Origin: Thermoanaerobaculia bacterium
GTDB taxonomy: Bacteria > Acidobacteriota > Thermoanaerobaculia > Multivoradales > JAHEKO01
Assembly (NCBI GenBank): GCA_041574955.1
Contig: JBFGNS010000006.1
Span: forward strand, 1-55,255
DNA length: 55,255 nucleotides
Direction of reading: 5' to 3'
Shown here: positions 19,187 through 28,922 of the stretch, piece after piece
Layout: each line of letters starts with the position of its first letter
Position numbering within the stretch: position 1 is the stretch's first letter
Made by a program: the position numbers and the translations under genes
The notes under the pieces: model-generated
The model's input: only the letters and a program-made list of their open reading frames with translations
Told to the model about the DNA's origin: nothing
The model's database searches: none

Positions 19187-20536
19187 TCAGGCCAGACGGC
19201 CGAGCATCAGCGAGGCCAGGCTGAGCGCCAGGAAGAAGCCGCACATGTCGGTCACCGTGGTCAGGATGGGGCCCGAGGCGAGCGCCGGGTCCATGCCGCG
19301 GCGGCGCAGCAGCAGCGGCACGCTGCCGCCGATCAGCACCGCCACCACGGTGTTGACCGCCAGCGCCGCGCCCACCACCAGCCCGAGCACCGCGTTGCCG
19401 GTGTAGAGCCAGCCGGCGGCGGCGATCAGCAGGCCGAGCACCAAGCCGTTGATCAGACCCACCACCGCCTCCTTGGCGACGACGTGCAGCACCTCGAACG
19501 GCTTGACAACGCCCAGCGACAGCTCGCGCAGGCTCACCGCCACCGCCTGGTTGCCGGAGCAGCCGCTCATGTCCGAGATGATCGGTAGGAAGACGGCCAG
19601 CGCGATGACCTGCGACAGCGTCTCCTGGTAGAGCGCGATGACGCTGGCGGCGATGATGTTGAGCAGGATGTTGACGCTCAGCCACGACAGCCGGCGGCGC
19701 GAGCGCTCGAGGGTCGGCATGCTCCTGAGCTCCTCGCCGCCGACGATGCCGACCGCCTTCAGGTGGTCCTCCACCTCGCGCTCGCCCACCGCCTCGCGCA
19801 CGTCGGAGCGTTTGACCACGCCGACCAGCCGGCCGTCGTCCAGCACCGGCACGCCGAAGAAGGCGTGTTCGCGGAAGAAGCCGGCGAGCTCGTCGAGCGG
19901 CGTGTCCACCGCCACCGACAGCGGGCGGGGGAGCATCACGTCGCGCACGCCGCGCCGCCCCCTGGCCAGCACCAGGTCACGCAGCCGCAGCACCCCCACC
20001 AGCTCGCCGGCGCGGCTGGTGATGTAGGCGTACTGCACGTCGTAGTCCGAGTAGAGCTCGGCGTTGGTGCGCAGCTCGTCGAGCACCTCATCGAGGGTGC
20101 GGTCCTCGGCAAACGCCAGGTACTCGGTGACCATGACGCCGCCGGCGACATCCGGCGGGTACTGCGTCAGCAGGCGGACGTCGCGCGCCTCCTCCGGGTC
20201 CATCGCCGCCAGCACCGCTTCGGCCGCCGGCGCCGGCAGCTCGGCGATCAGGTCCGCCTGCTCGTCGCTCGGCAGGGCGTTGAGGATGGCGGCCGCGGCG
20301 TCGGTCTCGAGGCACTCGATGAGCTCGCTCGACTGGACGTCGGGCACCTCTTCGATCAGCTCGGCGGCGGCGCCGGCGGGCAGCGCCGCCAGCAGCTTGC
20401 GACGCTCGTCGTCGTCCAGGCGCTCGACCGCCCACGCGGTATCAGCCGGCGACAGCGACTCGATGTACTGCTCGAGCTCGACGGCCTCGCCGGCGTCGGC
20501 GAGCTCGTTGATCTTCTCCCAAGGACGTTCGCTCAT
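19187..20536 (-). CDS. mgtE: Magnesium transporter MgtE
   Basis: N-domain, CBS pair, RRRLSWL, GCSGNQA, DPALASGP.LTT.TD. Confidence 0.95.
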   Translation of the reverse strand: MSERPWEKINELADAGEAVELEQYIESLSPADTAWAVERLDDDERRKLLAALPAGAAAELIEEVPDVQSSELIECLETDAAAAILNALPSDEQADLIAELPAPAAEAVLAAMDPEEARDVRLLTQYPPDVAGGVMVTEYLAFAEDRTLDEVLDELRTNAELYSDYDVQYAYITSRAGELVGVLRLRDLVLARGRRGVRDVMLPRPLSVAVDTPLDELAGFFREHAFFGVPVLDDGRLVGVVKRSDVREAVGEREVEDHLKAVGIVGGEELRSMPTLERSRRRLSWLSVNILLNIIAASVIALYQETLSQVIALAVFLPIISDMSGCSGNQAVAVSLRELSLGVVKPFEVLHVVAKEAVVGLINGLVLGLLIAAAGWLYTGNAVLGLVVGAALAVNTVVAVLIGGSVPLLLRRRGMDPALASGPILTTVTDMCGFFLALSLASLMLGRLA

Positions 20537-20705
20537 GGCGTGCTCCCGGTCGGGTGGCTGGGAGCGGTTCGGTGGGGGCGCTCCCGCCGGCGCGAAGCGG
20601 CATCTTAGAGCCGCCGGAGGGGCCGGACAACCGCCCGCGGCCGCCGAGCGCTGTGTGGCGTATTCAATATCGCCGTGCCGGGCGGTTTCCTATGCTGCCG
20701 GCGAG

Positions 20706-23414
20706 ATGATCAAGCAGCGCCGCAAGCATCCCCGGCTCCGCGTCACGCTGGCGGCCGAGTACCGTCTGGCGGGCGAGCGCGGCTGGCACTCCGGCACGGT
20801 GCGCACGCTCGGCGCTGGCGGCGCGGCATTCGAGTGCGCGTCGCCGCTGGTCGAGGGTAGCGCGATCGAGCGCCTGCGCTTCACCGTCGCCGCCGAAGGC
20901 GAGCGGCCCGAGATCCGGATCGACACCGCCGCCGAGGTGGTGAGCCTGGCGAGTTGCGAGGGGGGCGGCTTCGTCCACGGCCTCCGCTTCGACGGCCTCG
21001 ACGAGCCGGTGTTCGACCAGGTCCGGCAGTTCGTCTGCCTCAGCCTGGTGTCTGGCGAGACCCCCGCCGAGCCGCGCGCCGCCAACGCCGCGGTGGCCGA
21101 GGCCTCGGAAGAGGGGACCTTCACGCTGCGCTATCAACGGTTCGACGAGTTCGTGGCGGAGGCCTCCCAGAGCCTGTCGGAGAGCGGCATGTTCATCCGC
21201 GCCGAAGAGCCGCTGCCGGTTGGGAGCGAGCTCGCCTTCCGCTGCGAGCTGGGTGACGGTTTCGCCCTGTTCCAGGGCCAGGCCGAGGTGGTGTCGGTCC
21301 GGCAGGGCGACGACGACGGGCAGCCGGCGGGCATGACGGTGCGCTTTCTTGACCTCGATGCCACCAGCGAGAGGCTGCGCGACCGGCTGCTCGCACAGCG
21401 CGACGACGGCGACACGACCGCCTCCGAAGCCGAGCCTCCCGACAGCGCCGGCGGCGAGCCGGAGACGGACGCGGGCGGCGAGCCACAGGAGGCCGCCTCC
21501 CGCCGGCTGGCCGCCGCCGCCCGTCGCGGTGCCAAGCTGCGCCGCCGCGTGCGCCGGCTCGAGGAGCAGCTCGGGGAGTCGAGCGAGCAGATCGCCCGTC
21601 TCGAGCGCAAGCTGGCGGCGGCGACGCGCGAGGCCGCCGCCCAGGGCACCTGTCTGACCGAGCTCGAGTCGGAGCGCGACCAGGCGGTGGCCGAGGCCGA
21701 GCAGGCGCGCCGCGAGCTGGCGCGGGCGGCCGACGCCGCCGAGCTCGAAGAGCAGCTGGCCGAGGCGCGCGACCGCCTGGCCCGGCTCGAGGGCGATCTC
21801 CAGCAGGCCGAGGAGTCCGCCGAGCGCGAGCGCGAGCGCCGGGAGACGCGCGAGTCCGAGCTCCAGGCCGAGCTCGAGCAGCACACCGCGGCTCACGCGG
21901 AGCTCGACCGTGAGATCGAGCGGCTACGAACCAGCGAGAGCTCGGCCCGCGAGGAGAGTGCGGCCGCCGCCGAGGCCCGCGCGGAGCTGGAGCGCGAAGT
22001 CGAGCGGCTGGAGGCCAGCCAGAAGGCGGCGCGGGAGGAGAGCGCTGCTGGCGCCGAGGCCCGGGCGGAGCTGGAGCGCGAAGTCGAGCGGCTGGAGGCC
22101 GGCCAGAAGGCGGCGCGGGAGGAGAGCGCTGCTGGCGCCGAGGCCCGGGTGGAGCTCGAGCGGCGGTTGGCCGAGGCCGAGAGCCGGCTGGACCAGGCCG
22201 AGAGCCGGGGCCGGGAGCTCGAGCGGAAGCTCGAGCGGGCTGCCGAGCGCCAGGCCGAGCTCGAGGAGCGCGCGGCCGAGCTCGAGGGGTCGCTCGAGGG
22301 GGCGGACGAGGAGCGGCTGACCGCTGAGCGGCGACTGGCGGCGGCGGCGGCCGAGACCGGCGAGCTGCGCGTCGTCGTCGAGCGCCTGCGCGGTGAGCGG
22401 CGGGCCCTGCGGGAGTCGCTGCAGCGCGCCGGCGACACCGTGCAGCGGTTCCGCCGGGAAGCGGAGGAGGTCGAGGCGGTGCTTCAGCGAGACCTGAGCG
22501 GCGGACCGGCCACCGCTCGGGCGGACCGCCGGCCGGAGGAGGCGCTGCCCGCGCTGGCGCTCGACGACGAAGTGATCCTCCTCGGCGACCCGCCTGCTGC
22601 CGAGGCGGCGGCCGGGCAGCCGGCCGATCCCGAGCCCCGGGCCGGGGGTCCGGTGCTGGCGGTGCCGCCGGAGGCAGTGGAGGCCGCGGCCGCGGAGCCA
22701 GTGTCAGACGAGCCAGTGTCCGCGGAGCCAGTGTCCGCGGAGCCTGCAGCCCCCCAGCCCGCAGCGCCGGAGTACCGGGACGAGGAGCCCGCGGCCTCGC
22801 CGCCGTCCGCCGCGAAGCTCGAAGCCGTCCTCGCCGCGGCCGAGCCGCCGTCCGCCGAGCCCCCATCCGCCGAGCCCCCATCCGCCGAGCGCTCCACCGG
22901 GCTGTTCGGGCGGGCCCGACGGCTGCTCTCACGGTTCGGGCGGGGCGAGGAGCCCGAGGGCGGCGAGGTCGAGGACGAAGCCGCCGCCCCGCCCGCCCTG
23001 GCGGTGGTGGAAGCCGTCGCCGGCCCCGGCGCGGACAGCGGGCCCGACGCCGCGGCGATCGAGGCGACGGTGCGCGCCTGGGGTGCCGCCTGGTCCGAAC
23101 AGCGCGTGGAGGACTACCTTCAGTTCTACTCGAGCAGCTTCGAGGCGCCGGCCGCGGGCGACAACGGCAAGGCCAGCGGCTGGCTGCCGCCGGCCGCCGG
23201 CAGCCGGCTGGAGATCGGTCCGATCAGCCAGACGGTGCTCTCGCCGGACCGGGTGAGTGTCGAGTTCGACCAGCGGGTCGACACCAGCTCGTTCAGCCGC
23301 AGCGCCAGCCGCGCGCTCGAGCTGGTGCTCGAAGAGGGCTCGTGGAAGATCGCCGCCGAGTCGTTCGGCGACGCGGCGCCGAACGAGCAGCCGCTCCAGG
23401 CGCAGGCCAGCTGA
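20706..23414 (+). CDS. PilZ + TIGR02266-type PilZ + long coiled coil + low-complexity linker + NTF2-like (Csd6-C-like) domain protein
   Basis: Start ATG 20706. QRRKHPR (RxxxR); SLSESGMFIR...PVGS; ~350 aa E/A/R heptads; VRAWGAAWSEQRVEDYLQFYS. Confidence 0.75.
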   Translation: MIKQRRKHPRLRVTLAAEYRLAGERGWHSGTVRTLGAGGAAFECASPLVEGSAIERLRFTVAAEGERPEIRIDTAAEVVSLASCEGGGFVHGLRFDGLDEPVFDQVRQFVCLSLVSGETPAEPRAANAAVAEASEEGTFTLRYQRFDEFVAEASQSLSESGMFIRAEEPLPVGSELAFRCELGDGFALFQGQAEVVSVRQGDDDGQPAGMTVRFLDLDATSERLRDRLLAQRDDGDTTASEAEPPDSAGGEPETDAGGEPQEAASRRLAAAARRGAKLRRRVRRLEEQLGESSEQIARLERKLAAATREAAAQGTCLTELESERDQAVAEAEQARRELARAADAAELEEQLAEARDRLARLEGDLQQAEESAERERERRETRESELQAELEQHTAAHAELDREIERLRTSESSAREESAAAAEARAELEREVERLEASQKAAREESAAGAEARAELEREVERLEAGQKAAREESAAGAEARVELERRLAEAESRLDQAESRGRELERKLERAAERQAELEERAAELEGSLEGADEERLTAERRLAAAAAETGELRVVVERLRGERRALRESLQRAGDTVQRFRREAEEVEAVLQRDLSGGPATARADRRPEEALPALALDDEVILLGDPPAAEAAAGQPADPEPRAGGPVLAVPPEAVEAAAAEPVSDEPVSAEPVSAEPAAPQPAAPEYRDEEPAASPPSAAKLEAVLAAAEPPSAEPPSAEPPSAERSTGLFGRARRLLSRFGRGEEPEGGEVEDEAAAPPALAVVEAVAGPGADSGPDAAAIEATVRAWGAAWSEQRVEDYLQFYSSSFEAPAAGDNGKASGWLPPAAGSRLEIGPISQTVLSPDRVSVEFDQRVDTSSFSRSASRALELVLEEGSWKIAAESFGDAAPNEQPLQAQAS
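21951..22163 (+). repeat. 84-bp (28-aa) tandem repeat x2.5 in the coiled coil
   Basis: Units start at 21951, 22035, 22119: EESAA(A/G)AEARAELEREVERLEA(S/G)QKAAR. Confidence 0.9.
22695..22889 (+). repeat. Two clusters of 15-bp tandem repeats (EPVS(D/A) x3; EPPSA x3)
   Basis: gagccagtgtccgcg units from 22695; gagcc(g/c)cc(g/a)tccgcc units from 22842. Confidence 0.85.
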
Positions 23415-23528
23415 GCCCACCACGAGCGGCCGCGCCGTCGCTGCCGCTAGACTCGGGCTGTCGTGGACTGCCAGGACGCCGGTGGCATGGCCAGTCGCCG
23501 GTGCCCGGGCCGGGAGATCACCGCAGGC

Positions 23529-24464
23529 ATGTCGAGAGCCACCGGCTGGGGTCTCGCGCTCGTCGCCCTCGCGCTGCCGCTGGCGCTCGCCTACCGCGGC
23601 GAGCTCGAGCCGGCGCCGCTCGAAGCGCTCTACGCCGGCCCCGAGTCGCGTTTCGTCGAGGTCGGCGGGGTGCGACTGCACTACCGCGACCAGGGCGACG
23701 GGCCGCCGGTGCTGCTGCTCCACGGCACCGCCGCGTCGCTCCACACCTGGGACGGCTGGGTGAGCGAGCTGCGCGGCGACCTGCGTCTGGTGCGGCTCGA
23801 CCTGCCGGGTTTCGGGCTCACCGGGCCCGACCCTGAAGGCGACTACTCGACGCCCAGGCGGGTGGAGGTGCTGACGGCGTTTCTCGACCGGCTGGCGATC
23901 GAGCGCTGCGCCGTGGCGGGCAGCTCGCTGGGCGGCTACCTGGCGCTCGAGCTGGCGATCCGTCACCCGCGGCGGGTGGAGCGGCTGGTGCTGGTCGACC
24001 CCGCCGGCTACCCGCAGCGGCGTGGCGGCGGCGCCACCGTGCTCGACCTCGGCCGGCTGCCGTACCTGCGCCACCTGTTCAGCCGCCTGACGCCGCGCTT
24101 GGTGGTGGCGGCCGGCGTGCGGCAGGCGTACGGCGATCCGGCGCGTGCCGGCTCCGAGCTGGTCGACCGCTACTACCGCCTGCTGCGCCGGCGGGGCAAC
24201 CGTCAGGCGCTGCTCGAGGCTCTGTCCGGCGAGCGGGCGCTCGAGCCGGCGGCGCTGCGCTCGCTGAAGCAACCGGTGCTGCTGCTGTGGGGAAGCGAGG
24301 ATCGGCTGATCGACGTCCGGCAGGCCGAGCTGTTCCAGCGCGACCTGCCGGACTCGCGGCTGGTGGTCTACGACGGCGTCGGCCACGTGCCGATGGAGGA
24401 GATCCCGCGGCGCTCGGCGCGCGACGCGCGCGCCTTCCTCAGCGCCCGGCCAGCCGGCGGCTGA
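23529..24464 (+). CDS. Alpha/beta fold hydrolase with N-terminal membrane anchor
   Basis: LLHG, DLPGFG, GSSLGG, WGSED, GHVPMEE. Start 23529 or GTG 23463. Confidence 0.88.
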   Translation: MSRATGWGLALVALALPLALAYRGELEPAPLEALYAGPESRFVEVGGVRLHYRDQGDGPPVLLLHGTAASLHTWDGWVSELRGDLRLVRLDLPGFGLTGPDPEGDYSTPRRVEVLTAFLDRLAIERCAVAGSSLGGYLALELAIRHPRRVERLVLVDPAGYPQRRGGGATVLDLGRLPYLRHLFSRLTPRLVVAAGVRQAYGDPARAGSELVDRYYRLLRRRGNRQALLEALSGERALEPAALRSLKQPVLLLWGSEDRLIDVRQAELFQRDLPDSRLVVYDGVGHVPMEEIPRRSARDARAFLSARPAGG

Positions 24465-26319
24465 GCTCGGCGACCGAGGTGGGGCGTCCGAGGTAGTACC
24501 CCTGCGCCTCGTCGCAGCCGTGGCGGTGCAGGAACTCGAGCTGGCCTTCGCGCTCGACCCCCTCGGCCAGCACCTTGAGACCCAGCTTGTTGCCCAGAGC
24601 GATCACCGCCGTGACGATGGCGGCGTCGCTCGGATCCTCCTCCACCTGCTGCAGGAACGAGCGGTCGATCTTCAGCCGGTGGACCCACGAGTGGCGCAGG
24701 TAGTTCATCGACGAGTAGCCGGTGCCGAAGTCGTCGATGGCGAACCGGATGCCGTTCGAGTGCAGCTGCTCGAGGTTGGCCTTGAGCTGCGCGGTCGGCT
24801 GCATCAGCAGGCTCTCGGTCATCTCCAGCTCGAGCGCCTGGGGTGGCACGCCGGTGGACTCGAGGATGCCGAGCACCGTGCCGGCGAACTGCGGCACCCG
24901 TACCTGGACGGCCGACAGGTTGACCGCCAGCTTGAGCTCGCCGCCGCCGGCCGCCTTGCGCAGCCGCTGGAAGCCCTCGCAGGCGGCGCGCAGCACCCAG
25001 TCGCCCAGCGGCACGATGAAGCCGTTGTTCTCTGCGATCGGGATAAAGCGGCCGGGAGAGACCAGCCCGTACTCGGGGTGGCGCCAGCGCAGCAGCGCCT
25101 CGACGCCGGCCACCCGGCCGCTGACCAGCTCGATCTGTGGCTGGAACTCGACGAACAGCTCGTCGTTGTCGATCGCCAGGCGCAGGTCGCGGCTGAGCGT
25201 CAGCCGCTCACGGATCTCCTGGTCCATCTCCTCGCCGTAGAAGCGGAAGGTGCCGCGCCCGCGCTGCTTGGCGCGGTAGAGCGCCATGTCGGCCTGCCGT
25301 ATGAGCTGGCGCGGGTCGATCTCGCCCGCCTTGCCGATCGCCACCCCGACGCTGGCCGAGGAGGTGATGGTGTAGCCCTCGACCTCGAACGGCTGCTCGA
25401 GAATCGAGATCAGTCGCTGCGCCAGGCTGGCGGTGGACTCGGGCTGGCCGGCCTCGGTCTGCAGCACCGCGAACTCGTCGCCGCCCAGCCGCGCCACCGT
25501 GTCGAGGCTGCGCAGGCCGTGGCTGAGCCGCTCGGCCACCTTGACCAGGAAGGCGTCGCCGACCGGATGGCCGAACAGGTCGTTGACGTCCTTGAAGTGG
25601 TCGATGTCGAGCATCAGCACGGCGACCGACTGATCGCGGCGCGCGGCACGGATGGCTTCGCGCTCGAGACGGTCGTCGAAGGTGTAGCGGTTGGGCAGCC
25701 CGGTGAGGGTGTCGAGCTGGGCCAGCTTGGACAGCTCGGCCTGGGTGCGCTTGAGCTCGGTGATGTCGGTCAGCGACACGAACACCTTGGACCAGCTCTG
25801 CTCGTGGCCCGGAGCCAGGGTCAGACGCACCCGCACCTCGATCTTCTTGCCGCGGAAGGTGTGGTTGACGACATCCTTCTCGAACACCGTCTTGCCCTCG
25901 GCGAGCGCCAGCAGCTCCTCGAGGAAGATGTCGTACGACGCCTTGCGGAAGATGATCGGCAGCCGGCCGAGCAGCCGCTCCTTGGAATCGCACTCGAGCA
26001 GCTCGAGGGTGGCGGCGTTGACGTCCACCACCACCACCAGCGAGGCACAGCGCTGCACCTCGTCCGGGTTCTCCCGCAGATAGCCGCGCAGATCGTCGAT
26101 CCCCGAGCGCGTCAGCTCGTCGAGGTAGGTCTTGCACTCCGAGAAGTCCTCCTCCCAGAGCGAGATGGGCGAGTTTTCGAACAGGCCGCGGTAGCGGTCG
26201 GCGGCGGGCGGCAGGCTGGGCTCGGGCACGGCCTGGAGCCCGCTCTCGCCGCGCGTGCGGCGCTCGCTGTGCCAGCGGCGGCGGTTGGCGAACCGTGGCG
26301 ACGGCAACGGCTTGCTCAA
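24439..26319 (-). CDS. PAS-GGDEF-EAL diguanylate cyclase/phosphodiesterase
   Basis: DTLTGLPNR, RLGGDEF, EALLRW, DDFGTGYSS, AEGVE, QGY. Confidence 0.95.
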   Translation of the reverse strand: MSKPLPSPRFANRRRWHSERRTRGESGLQAVPEPSLPPAADRYRGLFENSPISLWEEDFSECKTYLDELTRSGIDDLRGYLRENPDEVQRCASLVVVVDVNAATLELLECDSKERLLGRLPIIFRKASYDIFLEELLALAEGKTVFEKDVVNHTFRGKKIEVRVRLTLAPGHEQSWSKVFVSLTDITELKRTQAELSKLAQLDTLTGLPNRYTFDDRLEREAIRAARRDQSVAVLMLDIDHFKDVNDLFGHPVGDAFLVKVAERLSHGLRSLDTVARLGGDEFAVLQTEAGQPESTASLAQRLISILEQPFEVEGYTITSSASVGVAIGKAGEIDPRQLIRQADMALYRAKQRGRGTFRFYGEEMDQEIRERLTLSRDLRLAIDNDELFVEFQPQIELVSGRVAGVEALLRWRHPEYGLVSPGRFIPIAENNGFIVPLGDWVLRAACEGFQRLRKAAGGGELKLAVNLSAVQVRVPQFAGTVLGILESTGVPPQALELEMTESLLMQPTAQLKANLEQLHSNGIRFAIDDFGTGYSSMNYLRHSWVHRLKIDRSFLQQVEEDPSDAAIVTAVIALGNKLGLKVLAEGVEREGQLEFLHRHGCDEAQGYYLGRPTSVAELSRRLAGR

Positions 26320-26409
26320 CTCGGCCCTCCGGCAAACGGCGTACCCATCCCTTGATATAGGGTGCGCGGCCGGCCGCTTTGATATACCCGCGCCGCGGGC
26401 GCGGGCGCG

Positions 26410-27282
26410 CTAGCCGCCCAGCGCGGGTGGGTAGTGACCGGCGGCCACCAGCCGGCGCAGCTGTTCGGCGACCCGCGGCCGGTCGTCGAGGTGGGTCAGC
26501 CCGAGCCACGGCCCGCGCGCCGGCAGCACGGTCACCCGCGCCCGCCCGCCCGCTACCAGCTCGCCGACCGCGCCCGGCAGGCCGAACTCGGTGCGGCGCC
26601 CCCGGCCTGGCCGGCTCACGAACGCCTCGAAGCGCCCCTCGAGCGCGGCGAAGACATCCGGCGTGAACCCCCACAGGTTCATCGACACGGTCTCGGCGCC
26701 GGTCAGCGGGTGGACGGAGCCGTCGTCGCCGATCCACGCCGCTCCGCCGTCTCGCCGCCTGATGCGCGGCAGCTCCCGGATGCTGGTCAATCGGCCGTCG
26801 GCGTCGTGCTCGCACAGCGCGCGCGACACGTGGCCGTGGGGCGACAGGGTGTCGGCCAGCTGGTAGCCGGCGAGCGCCCAGCGGTCGGTCTCGCCGCCGA
26901 GGAAGCGACCGACCGCGGCGAGCGCGTCGGCGCCGTAGAAGTCGTCGGCGTTGACCACCGCGAACGGACCGCCCACCGCCGAGCGCGCGGCCAGCACGGC
27001 GTGGCCGGTGCCCCACGAGCGCGGCGCGGCGCCGGCCGCCGCCTCCTGGCGCACGTAGCTCAGCTCGGCGCGGGTCCGCCACCGGCGGCCGATCGATCGC
27101 CGGACCCGCTCTTCGATCTCGCCGCGCACCACGAAAACCAGCCGACCGAAGCCGGCGCGCAGCGCGTCGTAGAGGGTGTAGTCGACCAGCGCCTCGCCGC
27201 TCGGCCCGACCGGCTCGACCTGTTTGGCGCCGCCGTAACGCCGGCCGAGGCCGGCGGCCAGGACCACCAGCTGCGGCTTCAT
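26410..27282 (-). CDS. Sugar-phosphate nucleotidyltransferase family protein
   Basis: Start ATG 27282. LAAGLGRRYGG.KQ, WGTGHAV, NADDFYG, SMNLWGF. Confidence 0.88.
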   Translation of the reverse strand: MKPQLVVLAAGLGRRYGGAKQVEPVGPSGEALVDYTLYDALRAGFGRLVFVVRGEIEERVRRSIGRRWRTRAELSYVRQEAAAGAAPRSWGTGHAVLAARSAVGGPFAVVNADDFYGADALAAVGRFLGGETDRWALAGYQLADTLSPHGHVSRALCEHDADGRLTSIRELPRIRRRDGGAAWIGDDGSVHPLTGAETVSMNLWGFTPDVFAALEGRFEAFVSRPGRGRRTEFGLPGAVGELVAGGRARVTVLPARGPWLGLTHLDDRPRVAEQLRRLVAAGHYPPALGG

Positions 27283-27301
27283 GGCGGGCGCCTGCCGGCG
27301 C

Positions 27302-27910
27302 CTACTCCGGCGGCGCCGGCGGCCGCGGCTGGACGACCATGATGTGGGCCGACGCGGTGCCGGGCCGCATGATCCAGGGCGCGCCGGGCGCCTGCGGCGT
27401 GGTCGGCAGGCCGGTGGTCTGCTCGGTGGCGTACGGGATGTAGATCGACCAGACCCAGCTGCCGCCGGCCAGCTCACCGGTGGCCGGATCGAAGCCGTCG
27501 GCCGGCCCGCCCAGGTTGTAGAGCGTGGCGGGCTGCGGGGGCAGCTCGAGCTTGCCGGCGTCGGCCTCCTCGTGACGGATGCGCAGCGACTCGGTCGACT
27601 CGACGCCCTCGGCCTTGAGCTGACGGCCGCGGCTCAGGTACGGCTCGAGCGAGCGGTGGTAGCAGACGGCGTGGAAGCGGTCGTCGCCGGGGGTGTCGGC
27701 GACGCACACCAGCTCGTTGGTGCCCGGCCGCAGGGTGGTCAGCTCGCCGCTCGGCGAGTAGCCCAGGACCGCCGCGCCATCGCGCCGGTCGGCGGGCGCC
27801 GCCGCCAGGGCGCCGGCAATCTGGGCGGCGGGTCCGGGTGGCGAGGCAGTGCACGGCACGCTGGCCAGCAGCCCGGCGGCGAGGATCGGTAGCGGGAATC
27901 TCGGTCGCAT
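27302..27910 (-). CDS. Secreted hypothetical protein
   Basis: Signal peptide; CVAD...CYH and PWIM.PGT..AHIM motifs; no function recognised. Confidence 0.7.
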   Translation of the reverse strand: MRPRFPLPILAAGLLASVPCTASPPGPAAQIAGALAAAPADRRDGAAVLGYSPSGELTTLRPGTNELVCVADTPGDDRFHAVCYHRSLEPYLSRGRQLKAEGVESTESLRIRHEEADAGKLELPPQPATLYNLGGPADGFDPATGELAGGSWVWSIYIPYATEQTTGLPTTPQAPGAPWIMRPGTASAHIMVVQPRPPAPPE

Positions 27911-28100
27911 CGGAAGCCCCTCCAGGGAGGTCTGCGCGGTCTCTGGACTCTACCTCAGGCGCCCCGGTGTGGGCCGCGCCGTGGTCGCCCGAGCGCCGCG
28001 CCAGAGGGCGCGAGAATAGCCGGCCTTCGGCGTGTGTTTTCTATTTGATCAGGGCAGCTCCGCACGGGGCGGAGTGCCCGTCCGAGAGGAGACCCTCCCC

Positions 28101-28859
28101 ATGTCCAATCGTTTCGTTCCGTGGTCCGTCGCCGCGCTGGCCGGCCTTGTGCTGGCCGGCTGCGGCGCCCAGACTCCAGAGCGGTCCACTGGCGGTGCCG
28201 GTCAGGTAGTGCTCGCCTCGCACGAGGGCGGCGCCGACGTTGCGGCGCCGGCTGCGCCGCAGCTGCCGCCCCTGGTGCTGGGAACGGCGCCCCCCAACCC
28301 CTACTCTGCGAAGCAGATCGAGCGCGGCCGCCAGCTGGTCGAGTTCGGTGGCTGCAACGACTGCCACACGCCGTGGGTGTTCGACGCCGAGCTCGGCATG
28401 CCGGTGCCCGACATGAGCCGCGAGCTGTCCGGTCATCCCAGGGGGATGGCGACCGCTTTCGGCACCCTGGCGCCCGGCGACTCGGCGGTGGTCGGCCCGA
28501 CCTTCACCAGCTTCGTGCTGCCGATCGGCTCGGTCTACACCGCCAACCTGACCCCCGACATCGACACCGGTACCGGCAGCTGGACCGAGCAGATGTTTCT
28601 CGACATCTTCCGCACCGGCCGCCACCTGGGCGGCTCGGGCCGGCCGGTGCTGCCGCCGATGCCCTGGCCGAACGTCGCCTCGCTGCCCGACCAGGAGCTG
28701 GTGGCGATCTTCGCCTACCTGCGGTCGATCCAGCCGATCCGCAACCTGGTCCCCAGCCCCGACGTGCCCGAGGAGGTGATGTGGGCGATGCGGGACAGCT
28801 ACGACAAGCTGCTGGGTATCGACTCGCGAGGCGAGCGGGACGTGCTCGCTTCCAACTGA
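28101..28859 (+). CDS. c-type cytochrome lipoprotein (one CxxCH)
   Basis: GAGGAG RBS; lipobox LAGC; GGCNDCHTP; NLTPD..TG.G.W; PPMPW; IFAYLRS. Confidence 0.88.
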   Translation: MSNRFVPWSVAALAGLVLAGCGAQTPERSTGGAGQVVLASHEGGADVAAPAAPQLPPLVLGTAPPNPYSAKQIERGRQLVEFGGCNDCHTPWVFDAELGMPVPDMSRELSGHPRGMATAFGTLAPGDSAVVGPTFTSFVLPIGSVYTANLTPDIDTGTGSWTEQMFLDIFRTGRHLGGSGRPVLPPMPWPNVASLPDQELVAIFAYLRSIQPIRNLVPSPDVPEEVMWAMRDSYDKLLGIDSRGERDVLASN

Positions 28860-28884
28860 CGATCCGCTCTCGTCGAGAGCGCTC

Positions 28885-28922
28885 ACGGCGCCCCGGCCGC
28901 GTGCGGCCGGGGCGCCGTTTTT
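28885..28922 (+). terminator. Intrinsic terminator after cytochrome c gene
   Basis: acggcgccccggccgc / gcggccggggcgccgt perfect stem followed by T-run. Confidence 0.8.

Noticed and set aside
20537-20705. Possible M-box riboswitch upstream of mgtE (also preQ1 upstream of queF, c-di-GMP upstream of GGDEF-EAL)
   Set aside because: Leaders are short and I could not see the conserved cores; an Rfam scan would be needed to exclude them formally
21951-22889. Repeats as a possible CRISPR array
   Set aside because: Contiguous in-frame coding repeats without unique spacers; no cas genes
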